NCBI GenBank assembly: GCA_051294375.1
Contig: CM119263.1
Coordinates: forward strand, 16,284,532 to 16,348,531
Direction of reading: 5' to 3'
Length of the DNA: 64,000 nt
From: Paraspadella gotoi
Taxonomy: Eukaryota > Animalia > Chaetognatha
The position numbers and the translations under genes are program-made. The notes under the pieces were generated by a model. That model saw only the letters and a list, made by a program, of their open reading frames with translations, was not told the DNA's origin and made no database searches. Each line of letters begins with the position of its first letter. The stretch's first letter is position 1. Below, piece after piece: positions 11,501-24,300 of the stretch.

Positions 11501-14500
11501 TGTAATTCAGTCTTTCCTTTTTCAAATTAAAAAGAAAAAGAAAAAAATTTCATATGCCTTCATTCAAATTTTTAAAGCAAAAAACTGTTATACTTTTAAC
11601 TCTGATTTAAACAAAAGCTGTGTAAAGATTTATGGATTTAATTTAATAAAATCTTTTAGAAAGGTGTCCCATGATTAGGGCTTTAATTTGTTACCACATC
11701 CACCTTGCTACCTCTTTTCTTTCAAAAGTTATTTAAAAAAAAACTTTTTTTAAATTACGCAGTACAAATCTTTAAAATAAAAATTTCGGCAAAGCGGGAG
11801 TATCTCACTTATTTCTATGGTACAATACTTAAATTTCAAATAAAACTTGAAGAAAATTTTTTTGTCATTTAGAAACATCACTTTCAGATGTACCCATCGT
11901 ATAATAATTTATTTATTTATTTCCCCAAAAAAGCCTAATTAGAAAATTTGAAATTTTTTTAAATTGTTGGAAAAAAAATTTTGTCCGACCTATGCTCATT
12001 GAGAATAATGGTTTTGCATAGAAAATCAAAATATCAAAAAAATAAAAAAATCAGCCTCTAGAAAAATCGAAAGGCTAGAGGCTGATTTTTTTAGAATTGC
12101 AAAATTTTTTTCCTGACTCATAATCCATTATTGTCAAGTTTTCAAATATTTTTCAAAATCATTCAATCAATTTTTTTTTATTAATTTAAAATGTTTTTAT
12201 GATGTTGTTTTTGTTTGAAAGAATTGAAAAAAAATGAAAAATATAGTAATTATATAAGGTTTTTGAAAATACCTTTAAAATATAATAATTAGACACAAGG
12301 GGAGTAAGCAGAGAAAACTTTCATTCATAAAGAAAATTGAAAATGAATTTGTCATATTGTTATTTAGATTAATGACTAATTACAAACAAATGATTCATAT
12401 AAATTGAGGAAATGATGTGTAAAAAATATTCATCTTGGTCTCGGTTATCTATTAGGTTATTGTTAAAGTTTTGTTTTAATAATATTAATATTTTTTTTGC
12501 ATTTATAAAAGCAATGGTCTAAAATTTTGTAAGCGTTTCGAGCTATATTGCTTCATCTTTTTTACTATTTTTGATCTAGTTAGCTTTTTTGTTGATGGTC
12601 AAGGGTTATGGTCAGATACAGTAATGTCCAGTAGTGTATATCGCACATATTACCAAAAGTAATGATCAATTAATTTGGCTCAGAAACAATTTTAAAGGGA
12701 CAAAATCAGCACGAAACCGTTTCGCCACGTTATTTTTCATTGTCTTATACTATCAATGTATTTTTAATATCGTTCTTTTTTTGATTTATGAATTAAGAAT
12801 TATCCTTGAATCTATCCTAATGAAAATGATGTAATAACCATTTGACATGAGACAGAAAAAAGGCAGGGATTTTGAATAGTAACGGTTTAATTTAAAAAGT
12901 AATAAAAAAGAACCGGATATTAATATAAATAAAAAATGTAAATATGGTGGACTAAAATCCACCAACCGTTCATCAACGGCCATTGGTGCCGGAGGCAAGT
13001 CATTCGCCTCCCAACTCAAAGGTCCGGGGTTCTAGCCCGGTGGTTGCCTAACAGTTAAGAGGGACGGGGCGCTAAACCCGCCTGTAACATGGTGTTACAG
13101 CCTGGTCCGAAGCTCAGGGACTGCTTATATAGAACGGTTCAGTCACTAACACATAACAATAATTACTGTCTCTTCACCATCTATATTTCAAATAAGTTTA
13201 ATGAATTATACTTAATTGCGCTTGCAAACTCGTTTTTAAAATGATAAAATAAAAATAATAAAAATAATATTATGAATTAATTTAATTACTTATTGGAGAA
13301 AGCAGTACAGTCCAAAAAAATATCTTTCTTAAATATTTCTATACATGAATAGTATCAAAAAATTTTAGTGATGCATCCTCGCTATTGTCAAAAAGGTCAA
13401 CAATTGACACAATTTGTCAATTCGTCAATTGATTGTGAAAATTCCCGAGCTTATTAATTTGTGGTTTTAAAATTATTTTTTTTATATTTGGGTATTAATT
13501 TTTAAAAAATGAAGTCCTGTCCAAAAAATGTGACAGCCAAGTATAATTATAATTCTAAATCATAATGAATTTGGATTAAGTATGCTATGCGTATTTAAGA
13601 CTGACCGACCAATTTATTGGTAAAAAATTAAGTTAGAGTTGGAAAAAAAAATCTATGTTCTCCTCCTTAAAAACAATTCTTAAATGTAGAATTTTGAAAA
13701 TTTCAGGTTTTAGCTAGTTTATACTATATATTATTATTATTATACTATTTACTTTAAGCCTGCCCTATCTTTTGCTATTTTTTGCATCAGCAATTTCTGC
13801 CTAATTTTAATAATATATATTATCTTAATCATTTTATGTCAAAACTTATCTGCTTGTAAAAAAGCTTATTTTTGACGACCAGACTCCCTCACTTTAAACT
13901 CGTGGAGGGTTTTATTCCGGTCAATTTTTTTTTTTTTTTTTTAGTGTTTTAACATGTTGTAGGGACAAAGTGAAACCAAAGGGAAAAAAGTCGTTTGGCG
14001 ATTATAAGGGTAATTTGCGAGTTTGATTATGTTTAATGAACAAGGTAGTAGATAATTTTAAAAATAATGTTTACTTCATTATAAAAGCTCTGGATTCTGG
14101 AGCTAAAAATATGAGGTAGTTTTTTACTGTCCTGCATCTAAAGAAAAGATTTAAACCATTATTTAATCAATATTATAAAAATATTTGATAAATATTAAAA
14201 AATATATAATTTAACATTTAAAAAAAAATCACTGAAAAAAAATTTTTAACAATTAGTTTATGTAATAACTACAGGAGTTTGCTTTGTTCAGTTTTTAAAA
14301 TTTAGGTATCCTATAAAATGGTCCATGAATTAAAGTTTTTCGATCTGGTATAGGAGCAGATATCTTATATATACTATCTTAAAAGATAGTACCATAGAGC
14401 TTTACTATTTAATTTATGTTATTTAATTACATAATTATATATATTGCTTTGTCATTATCTAATAATTCATTTCTCATTCATTTTTATCTTTTTTTTTTTT

Positions 14501-17470
14501 TGCAGAAGGAAAAGGAGGAACTACAAATACAGTGAAAGCGATGAAAATAGATGAAGTTTTTTTAAGAAATATAAATGGCGAATAAAATGAGATTTTTTTT
14601 TTAAAAACTTGTACTCAAGAGGGTTTGTAAACTTCTGTAGAAGTTTTGTTACTATCAAAATATGTTTTGCCATATTTATCGGTGCTAATATTTCATTTAA
14701 TTACAAGTGCTTCTCGCCATTTTAGAAAATTTTGGTCCATTGAAAGTTTTCTCAGAAATGTATAAAGTTTCATTTGGGAAGGTTCCCAAATAAAATTTCT
14801 GACCCTCCCCATTGACAAAGTTTGGCTCTATTTTTGAAATTTTAATGATTTATCTATAAAAATTAATAAAAACTCTAAAATTTAATGAATGATAATGATG
14901 ATGATGATTTTTTAAGGTTTTTTTAAATTTTCGCCTCTTTATCATTAAAATTTTTGAAATTTGTAGTACTAACCTTTATCTAACTTTTTATCTTTATAAG
15001 AATCCATTTTTAAATATTTAAATTTCTTAAAAAAAATTTTAAGCATTTCTTATATGCGTTTTATTTCGAATTCAACAAGGTTGATTCGGTACATACAGGA
15101 GCATCAAAACAAAGCTAAGTCTAAAGACAAAATAAAGTTAAAGATTGCGTGAAAACTACCACTATAGATAAAAAAGGTTCAAATTATTGATTAAAATATT
15201 TCAATCATTAAAGAATGCGATTATTCTTTTGAGAACTAAATTTGGTAAATAATTTAAAAATAATTCAAAATAAGGTAATTTTGCGACCGGTGTTTGAACA
15301 GAGGGAGCAAAACAATAGGCATTGGAATTTATAAAGAATTCGTTTGGCGATTTTATTTCTTATATTATAATTAATAATTAATCCAGTTTATCCACTAAGT
15401 CTGACTCGAGAGCATTTAAAAAGTTGAGAGAAAATACGACTTGGCTTTTGTTTGTTTCTGTCGAAATCATTTCGGGCTCGGCTTTCCGTTCAGTGGTTTC
15501 ACTCATTTACTTTTTTTTATTGGGTTGATAACAAAGACATAAGACCATCTTTTATTCAAAACTTAAATACAAGTTTTCTAAAAATTGTAAAACTAAGGCA
15601 ATACTACGTTAATAGCATAGCAATGTTGATCTCCTTAATAAATGCGGTACCTGAAAACTGGCTTTTTATAAATCCGAATTAGTAGGTATTAAGGCGGGCC
15701 AGAATTTAACATTTTTTACAATATGAAAAAGTCTTTTATCCTTTTATAACCAAATTGACTTATAATGTTAGATTTTGATGAAATTAATTTTCCTCATGCA
15801 TGGAAGCATTTTAATATTTAATAATATAAATAAGAAATGCTTAAAATTTTTTTTCGGAAATTTAAATTTTTAAAAATGCTTTCGGATAAAGATTTAAAAT
15901 ATAAAGGTTAGTACTACAAATTTTAAAAAAATTAATGATAAAGGGGCTAAAATTAGAAAAACTTTAAAAAATCATAGTTTTCATTTATTAAATTTTATAT
16001 TTTTTATTAATTTTCATTGATAAATCATTAAAATTTCAAAAAGTTGACTTCACATTGTTGGTCCGCCCCCCCCAATCTTGTCGGGAATTCACTTTTATCA
16101 TGTCATAACATCGAATAATGATAAATTATGCAAACAAAATGATGTCCGTCCATCCCACCTTCGCAAAAAACACCAATTACACGTGATTTGATGGATGGAT
16201 TGGAATGAAATTTTGTGTGTGGGTAGGGAAGTGTGTGATTGAGCTGGAAATCGAGTTTCGCTGGAATCGTCCGAGTGGAAAAGGGTTAAAATGGAAAAAA
16301 CAAAAAAATATATTTCACTATTTGGATCGCCAATTACTCATGAGTGAATGGGACGATTGACTTCAAATTTTTGTATGTGGGGTAGGAAAGCTTGAATTTA
16401 CATTTAATATAAAAATAAAAGAAGCATAATCAAATAGTGAAATATTTTTTTTTTTCATATTAACTCATTTCCACTTGGACGATTCCATCGAAACTTTATT
16501 TCCTGCTCAATCATACACTTTCCTACACACATATAAAATTTGAAGTCAATCGCCCCATTCACTCAATTGGAATATTGGCGTTCAAATAGTGAAATTTTTT
16601 TTTTTCCATTCGTCTGGACTTTACACTAATACATTTACGAACTACTTTTCAGCTATTCCTCGACAAAGTGATGGAGGACGACCTGGCTCCCAGTATCGTG
16701 GCTCTCTTTAACTCTAACGTCAGCGGAACCATAATTTTCGGCATTTTTAAGCCACCGTCGAGCCTCAACCACCACCAGGGCGCTCGCATCGAAGGTGTCA
16801 AAATTTCGCGTGACGAACGCGACTCTTTTCGACTCTCCATCGATCAAATGGTGCTCCGTCTCAAACCGATGCCCAATCCGCGCCTTTTTCAAGTGTATTT
16901 CCATCCAATTGTGAAGAGAACCGAGCCTGGTTTGATAATTGAGAGAAGTTGGCCTGGCAAGCAAACGAGTAATCGAGCAAACTATCTTTTCTCGTAATTC
17001 TCTCCCGTTTAGGCCGTCCACACATGGTTCTACCCGACACATTCATCGTCCGTTTGGAAATTCAACCCCATGACTCTGAGAATTTCTTCGAAACGGTCTC
17101 CACGCGCAGGACCGAAATCTCTTACCCCGTGCCGGTTGCCTTCACAGACGCGCGCGAAGTCGAGAGGCGACGCAGAATTTATATTCGAGTCGGCGACAAA
17201 ACGCTCAACGTTACCGTCGACGAGGTGTTGAACAAAGCAGTAGAGTAAGTTAAAGATTAGGTCAAGCTTAAATCTAAATTGCATTTTCGGTGACTGATGA
17301 ATCTATTATAAGTTATGATGGAAGGTTTGAAACAAAGTTAAACTTTTTACAGACAGAGAAATGACGAGTGGAGGAGTTTATTGTCTCGACCGGAGTGGAA
17401 GAGACGGTTGCTGCTTTATGACATTGGAAAAACAACCACGGCCGATATTTTGAAGAGATTTTTGGACTAG
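8542..17470 (+). CDS. Tandem double Schlafen/AlbA_2 (SLFNL1-like) domain protein, 7 exons, ~591 aa
   Basis: Phase-consistent exons 8542-9156 (GC donor), 9300-9526, 9625-9745, 9826-10011, 16653-16929, 17013-17244, 17353-17470 (TAG) sum to 1776 nt. Domain 1: WILDSVVEAPESLNEF...IIAGFLNARLDGSVIFG...VKGI...VSVEFCPV...LAVVEFRV. Domain 2: FFVHGD...IVALFNSNVSGTIIFGI...IEGVKISRDERDSFRLSIDQMVLRLKP...FQVYFHPI...FIVRLEI...IYIRVG. Both follow the AFLNxxGGxhhhG / V.GI / D..RL.hD / FhPV / hhR.G pattern of the Schlafen AlbA_2 fold. Confidence 0.8.
12942..13176 (+). mobile_element. tRNA-related SINE-like repeat (family R3) in the long intron of the Schlafen-like gene
   Basis: tRNA-like head ~12976-13048 with A-box-like TGGTGCCGGAGG and B-box-like GGTTCTAGCC. 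A second copy lies on the minus strand at ~25452-25685 (and in the duplicate at ~41542-41775). Confidence 0.6.
14830..16043. mobile_element. AT-rich foldback/MITE-like element with ~200-nt degenerate inverted arms
   Basis: TTTTGAAATTTTAATGATTTATC (~14832) versus GATAAATCATTAAAATTTCAAAA (~16019-16041); TTTGTAGTACTAACCTTTAT (~14960-14979) versus ATAAAGGTTAGTACTACAAA (15901-15920). Confidence 0.65.
16140..16620. repeat. Dispersed repeat family R4 (GAAAGTGTGTGATTGAGCTGGA...GATGGAATCG units, often tandem)
   Basis: Units here in both orientations; further copies at ~18890-19390, ~19960-20170 and ~50280-50790 (mirrored at 37420-37920). Confidence 0.65.
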
Positions 17471-18346
17471 CTCATGGTCTGACTGAGAAAAAAATTTGCA
17501 ATATTTTCTTTTTCATAATTTTTGTATTCATTATTTTAATGAATGTATCGTGCATCAGCACAAAACAATTCGAGTAGAATTGACGTTCTTATTATACAAA
17601 GTTGTTTTCCAAATGCTTTTTTCCTATTCGACTGTTATTTACGAAAGAGCACAAAAATTTGTAAAATCTGACTAGTTTCATTTAGCAGAGGCGGTAATTT
17701 ACAATTTAAAAGAAAAAAATATCGTTAGTCGGTATTTTCTTTGGCCTATGCAATACAAAAATAAAATGTTATATCAATTCAATAATATTTTCCAAAAAGA
17801 ATACCGAGCAGGATACAAGTAAATTAACACCGTTTGAATTATCACTGTCATTGATAACGCGACACTGTGATTCGATTTTGACTCACTCTCGCGAGGCACA
17901 ATCGTCTTCATACTCCATAGCTTTTGAGAACGCCAATGGAGAGGAAAGGGTAAATTATAAATTGATATTTTGATGAAATTAGGAGGCACTACAGAACCTG
18001 ATAATCGTGGCAAATAAAGTTTTTTGTAGATACGATTTTTACCTTTTCCTGCCATGAACGAGTACATAATAAATGCGAATTAACAAGGCATAGAGGGGTG
18101 ATTCTGGGGTCTTTTTTTAAGAAATTTCCAAAGTTACCTGCGGCACGGGTCGTTTCAGAGAGATTAAACAGAGACGTTTAGCGAAGTGTGGTTAAACGTA
18201 AAGAAATAAAAATTCTGCTGGAACCCCTTATGGATATGACCGGTAAACCACTTTTTGCTATTCTGTGCTTTCCGCGCTAAATTTTTTTAGTTCGCTGTCG
18301 TTAATTTGGCACTTCATCGTTACGAGGGACCGGAAACTATGGCGAG

Positions 18347-21300
18347 TCATTCGTCAACGCCGTGCTGCTCCGGTTTTAAATCAACCATTGCGTGAAGTTC
18401 CTCGGGGGTGTAACCCAATAAACTTTGAAGATCACAGACGAATCGGTAAACGTACCTGTTATTAATTGTTTAGATATTTTTGTAACACGTGCGAACATGT
18501 TAAAGGCTCAAACTTTACCTTTTTCCGGCTGTTTTATGAATTATATTTTTGTCATAGTAGTATCGAAGTCCTCTAGAGAGTTTTTCATAGTTCATTTTTG
18601 GTTTGTTCTTCCTGATACCCCAGCGACGAGCAACCTAAAAAGTTTTAAAATTTAATTTTGTTTTTAACTTTGCTTCTATTCACAAAAGTTCTTAAATTTT
18701 TATCAGGATTGATTTCAAATAACCTCATCGGGATCAGTAAGTTTAAACTCCCATCCGTCTCCCGTCCAGCTGATAAATGCTTGACAACTTTTATCTGTGA
18801 GAAGTTCTAGTAAAAATTGCCACAATTGTATGGGGCCAGAACCTTATAAAAAAGTAAATTGATTAAAAATTGATATAAAAAAGTAAATCGAATTATGATA
18901 AATTATGAAAAAAAAACTGTCTGTTCATCTGTCTGTAGGTCCATCCATCCGTCCCCCCTTAGCAAAAAAATCCAATTACTAGTGATTGGAATACGAAAGT
19001 GTGTGATTGAGCTGGAGTCGTGTAAGTGGAAATGAGTTTAAATGGAAAAAATATAAGTCACATTTACTTGAATCTTTTTACTAATTTTTAACAATATTAC
19101 ACTAATTAATAATAATGCGATAGATAGATTGAGATGAAATTTTTGTGTGTTAGGATAGTGTGTGACGAGGCTGGAATTGGTCGAGTGGAAATTAGTTTAA
19201 ATGAAAAAATCATAATTCATATTTACTTAAATCTTTTTACTAATCTTAACTCATAATTACTCAAATAATTCATAAGTGATTAAGTGTATTCATAAGTGTG
19301 TTATTGAGCAGAATATAAAGTTTCGATGGAATCGAGGAGAGAAAATGGTTTTGCATGAAAAAAAATCTAAGTTGACTTGAATTTTTATTATTTATGCTTT
19401 TATAAACTAAAAAAAATGGTGCGAAATTTTTGTTTTTAACAATTGCATAGACGTTTACTCTTCCACAAAAATGTATTTATTACTACAAAAAATTACCTTA
19501 ATTTTTAGCATCATGAACACAAGCGGTTGAAGTCAGATTTGGAATAATTGTGGAAAATTGGAAGTAAAACGATGAACCATGCATCTTCAAACTATGCTTA
19601 ATTAACGGAAATATATCGTTTTTAGTTCTATAATGTAAAACGCCAATGTACTTGATGCTACTCAAAAATTTTAAAAATAAAAATATTTTTAGCTTTTTTT
19701 GGACCACCAGGGGTCCACCCCCAGGGCCCTGTATCTCTTGTTAGGGGTTGAATATCAAAATTTGCCTCTATAGTGCCATTTATATTGTCATTAGAACTCT
19801 AAATGTAAAATTTCATGAAATTCGATCGGGTAGTTTGGTTGGGACAGATTCTGGTCACAAAAAAGGGGTACCTCATTTTATAATATGAAGCTTTCTGCAA
19901 TTGTTTTAAATTTCTTTTATATAATGCTTTTTTGATGCAGCAAAAGTTTTTTTCGCGCGGTTTGTGTGATTGAGCTGGATATGAAGTTTCGATGGAATCG
20001 TGCAAGCCAAAATTAGTTTAAATGGAAAAAACCAAAAAAATTATTTCACTATTTGATTGACTTGAAATTTTGAATCTGGGTAAGAAAGTGTGATTAAGAT
20101 GGAAATGAAGTTTTGATGGAATCGTCTGAATGGAAATAAGTTTAATAGGAAAAAACAAAAAACCTGTTTTACTAATTGATTATGCATCTTTTTCTTTTTA
20201 TATTAAATTTGCAAGATGTATTAATTAATCAAATAATTAATCAGTTAATTAATTGATTAGTCAATTAATTAATTAGTCAACATAAATAAATTGATTGAAT
20301 AATTAATTAATAATTAACTAATTATTCAATCGATCAATTTTTTTAACAATTAATAAATTATTTAAACTATCAATCAATCAATTAAGTCAATCGTTTTCAG
20401 CATTATTGCCGTCGTCGTCATTGCTTTTGTTAGAGATGCGCATCTTTGAATCGAAGCTCCGATCAAGTTTCCTTTATATTTCACTTCTATTCAAACTGCA
20501 TAGTCAAGGCCAAAACAAATTATGTCAATATGGGCAGATTTTGAAAGCTTGGCGTCTTGGGAAGCCAATGGAGGTAGAGCGCGATCAAAATTCTCATTTT
20601 ATCATGCCCAAAAATGGTATTTAAATGGATTGGTCAGGCCGTTTTTTCCCTATTCCAAGAAAACCTCCTGGCTCTTGAGTAAAAAAGACCAAATCATACA
20701 TATCAGTACAGTTTCCGAAACCTTATTGTTTTCTCTACATGATGAAAAAAAGGAAAATTAAAATTCTTGCAATCTCAATTGCTTGATAAAGCAATCAAAT
20801 GAACTGGTTTTTTAGGTGAAAACTGCATAGTCAAGCCTTCATTTTTTTTCAATTTTGAACACAATTGACAGAAACTGTATTGATTTTACTATTCAAATCA
20901 AGTAGAGCGCGGGCTTAATTCAAAAGCGTTTTCTCAATATAATGCAAAATTTAAAAAAAGTCCAATAAAAACTTATTAAAAACAAAAATTGTCGCACAGT
21001 GTTGCTTGTGAGTCCCAAATGCTAAAAAAATAATTTTTTTTAATTTTTTATATTATTATATAATATATAAAAATATTTATATAAATATAATTATAGTATT
21101 GAGAATGAATTTTTTTATTCAATCTGAGAAGGTAGTACTATATATTAAAAAGTATATATGTTTAAAAATTATATTTTACAATAAAATTAGTTAATTTTTC
21201 TAAACTGCGACAATTTTTTTTATCATGGTATAATTAAAAAATATAAAATAAAATTTTAATTTTTATAATATATAATAATTATATTAATATAATAAATCCA

Positions 21301-24300
21301 AAAAAAAATATTTTTTTTATTTTAATAATAATAAAAATAATAATAATAATAATACTAATAATAAAATAATAATATTAAATAAAATATAAATATTTTTTTT
21401 TATTTTCTTAATTATTATTTTTATTATTATTATTTAATTATTATTATATAATCTGATAATAATATATATTTAATTTTATTTTATTTAAAATTATATAAAA
21501 TTATTTTTTAATTATTTTAATATTTAAATAAATTTTTAAAAAAAATATTTTTATAATATATAATAAAAAATTATTTTTAACTGAACGGATTTTTCTGAAA
21601 AATTCAGGCCCAGGATCTCACTGTGCGATGGTTCTAAAGCTTAGTACTACGCATAGTACTAATCTTTGTTGGATCAAAACGAGCTCGATTTTAAGCAAAG
21701 TTGATCGGTTTGAAGAGCGATTTTTGCGATTGCTTTTTGGCGATTACTTTTGAACGGATTGTCGGATTATGATGAAATTATGCATGTAGATAATGTTTGC
21801 AATTGTCTATCGAACGCTACCAAATTTGATAGAAAACAATGAGTTGTTTAGAAACGATGCTCATCCCCACTTTTGTCATGGTCAGTAACGAAAAATTAAA
21901 ATGAATGGATAATTTTGGGGGGGTTTAAGTTTATATTGTAAGATTTTTTTTTATCATAAGGATAAGATTACCTTATAGATTCGTATGTTCTGAAAAAACA
22001 AATCACCGACCTCAAAATAAAAAATAAATGGAAACTCACCAGACATTCCGGAATATCCCGCCAAGGCGGAGGCTTGAATAACTGGTTTGCTCTCTAAATT
22101 GTGAATGTTGCTGATAGATCCTTCCGCGTGATTATTGAGACTTCTGTTTGGAGGCGCCACACTTCCCACATGGGTTCTAAAATTAGTTCCGTGCGCCATG
22201 CTTACCGACGGGGGCAGCAATCCTCCCCCGGCAAAGCTTTCGTTGCTTCCCCAAGAATCGCTCAGCGTCGGAGAAGTCGATCCGCACGGAACTATAGGAT
22301 TACGAAAGGTTGCCAAGCTCGATTCTTCTTGTTTAATTTTTTTCCCTTTTTTGTTTCATTCCTTTATAAACGTTTTTACTTGGCTTACCAGGTGAACCTG
22401 CATTCTGTAGAAATGTCCCCGGTCCACTATGATTTAGAGATCTATGGGAAATTTGTGAGGTGGATGGTCGGGTGGCCAAAATTCCGGAAGAGTTAGTGAC
22501 AGAATAGTGCGGTTCATTCAATTGATCTTGATTGACGCTCATTAACAGTGTATTGGTCGAGTTGTAAAACTTTCCTTCAGGATTAAGTCTGTAAGCAAAT
22601 AAAAAAAAAATTCTATCATGCCAGCTGCTTTTTTTTCCCTAACTTTTGTCATTGTAATTGCTTATTACATTAAAATTTTATTTTCATGTCATTTTACAAA
22701 TATTCTTTCGCTGTTGATATTGAGTTCATATGAAATATGCAGAGAAAAATATTAACCTCGAATTCTTTTCGTTTGACGAAGTAGTTGCGTCAGCAGTACT
22801 TCCATTGTGCGTGTGATCGGTATATATAGAACTATAATCGTTCAGACTTATAAAAGGAGATGGATTCTGAGGCGACCGATCATTTTGAAATCTTGTTTCT
22901 AACCCGTGAGAAAGTGGTCTGATTCCATATTCATCGATATGAGGGTAAGGATGATGATGGATATTGTTGCCATAGTTGGAAGAAAACTCCTGAATGTCAA
23001 AAATAATATAATTATTATTTTAAGGTCCAATAGCAGATTAACCTCACGCATTGTACCTGCTTTAAAATTGTCGGGTAGGAGTTATTTTGTGTTATTGGAA
23101 TATTGGAAGTTGATAAAGTAGGACCATGACAGATCTGAGAAAACTGTTGTCGATTTGCGGCCTGGTACGTTTGATTATTTCCGTTGTGACTTTTTGAATT
23201 AGAAGTTTGGTGAAACTCTCGTTCCGATAAAGAGCGTAGCAAAGGCGAAGCTTCTTTCAAGTTATTAGTTTGATCTGGCGACGAAATTATTCCATATTCT
23301 TGTTTGAGTGGAATTGCTAAAGAAAAAAAGTGAAATTTCACTTTCACCGAATGGGGTTTCTGCTTCTTTTAAAAAAATGTAAAAATACAGATATTTTAAA
23401 AATTTATTATTTAATTACCTTAACCCTAAAGCCCCTTAACCCTAATCACCCCTAACTCTAAACCACCCTAAACCCACCACCCCTAACCCCAGTCGCTGAA
23501 AGTAAAATTATGCCGGTAACCCTTTTTTCATTTTTTTACGTGCATATTATGCCTACTAAAGATATAACCATATAAAGTACATAATGACAATGTGATTATA
23601 CTACTGAATAAACTTAATCTTTTTGACTCTAGTTGCGCTTAAAAATGATTTGGCGATTATTAAAATATCAAATATAAAAAGAGAGATATTTTTACTTAAA
23701 ATGTACATATTTTTGAATAACGTAAAAAGATTTCCAGTTTTCAAATCATAACGAAAGCAGAGAAAAAGACAAGCTTTTTCGAAGTTTGCACATGAGTGTA
23801 ATTAATGAAGGCATTAATATTATTTGTTATAAAAACTGGCTCCTGCTATCTTATCTATCCACCATTTCCTGTCCAAAATTAGCGGCAAGATAGCTTATTT
23901 AATTAATGAATAGACGGTATGAATTTGGTACAATCAAAATAAAAATTATTTTATTATGTTTGTTTTAAGTTTTAGCTTTACAATTTCGACTGCTATTTAG
24001 TATTCAGTGATACTTTTATCAGTATCAATTTTATATTTTAGGATAGTCAAAATCAGCTTACAATTAAAATGTAAAATGTAAAAACCCAAAAAAAATTACT
24101 TTACTAATTAGAAAATCCAAACTTTTTAAATATTACAATTTCCTACACTGCGGCGCAAAAAAAAGTGGTCACTACAGAAGGCTTCATATTTTAAAATGAG
24201 ATACTTCTTACCAAATTAACCGATAGAATTTCATAAGATTTTACATTTAAAGTTTTAATGACAAATGGAACTATCGTGGGGAATTTTGATATTCAACCCC

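Noticed and set aside
12976-13048. Possible tRNA gene
   Set aside because: Acceptor stem and B-box are imperfect, and it lies within a longer repeat with a diverged second copy; treated as SINE-like.
17294-17340. CTGATGA...GAAAC...GTT hammerhead-like string in the last Schlafen-like intron
   Set aside because: Stem II is weak and no stem I can form; likely chance.
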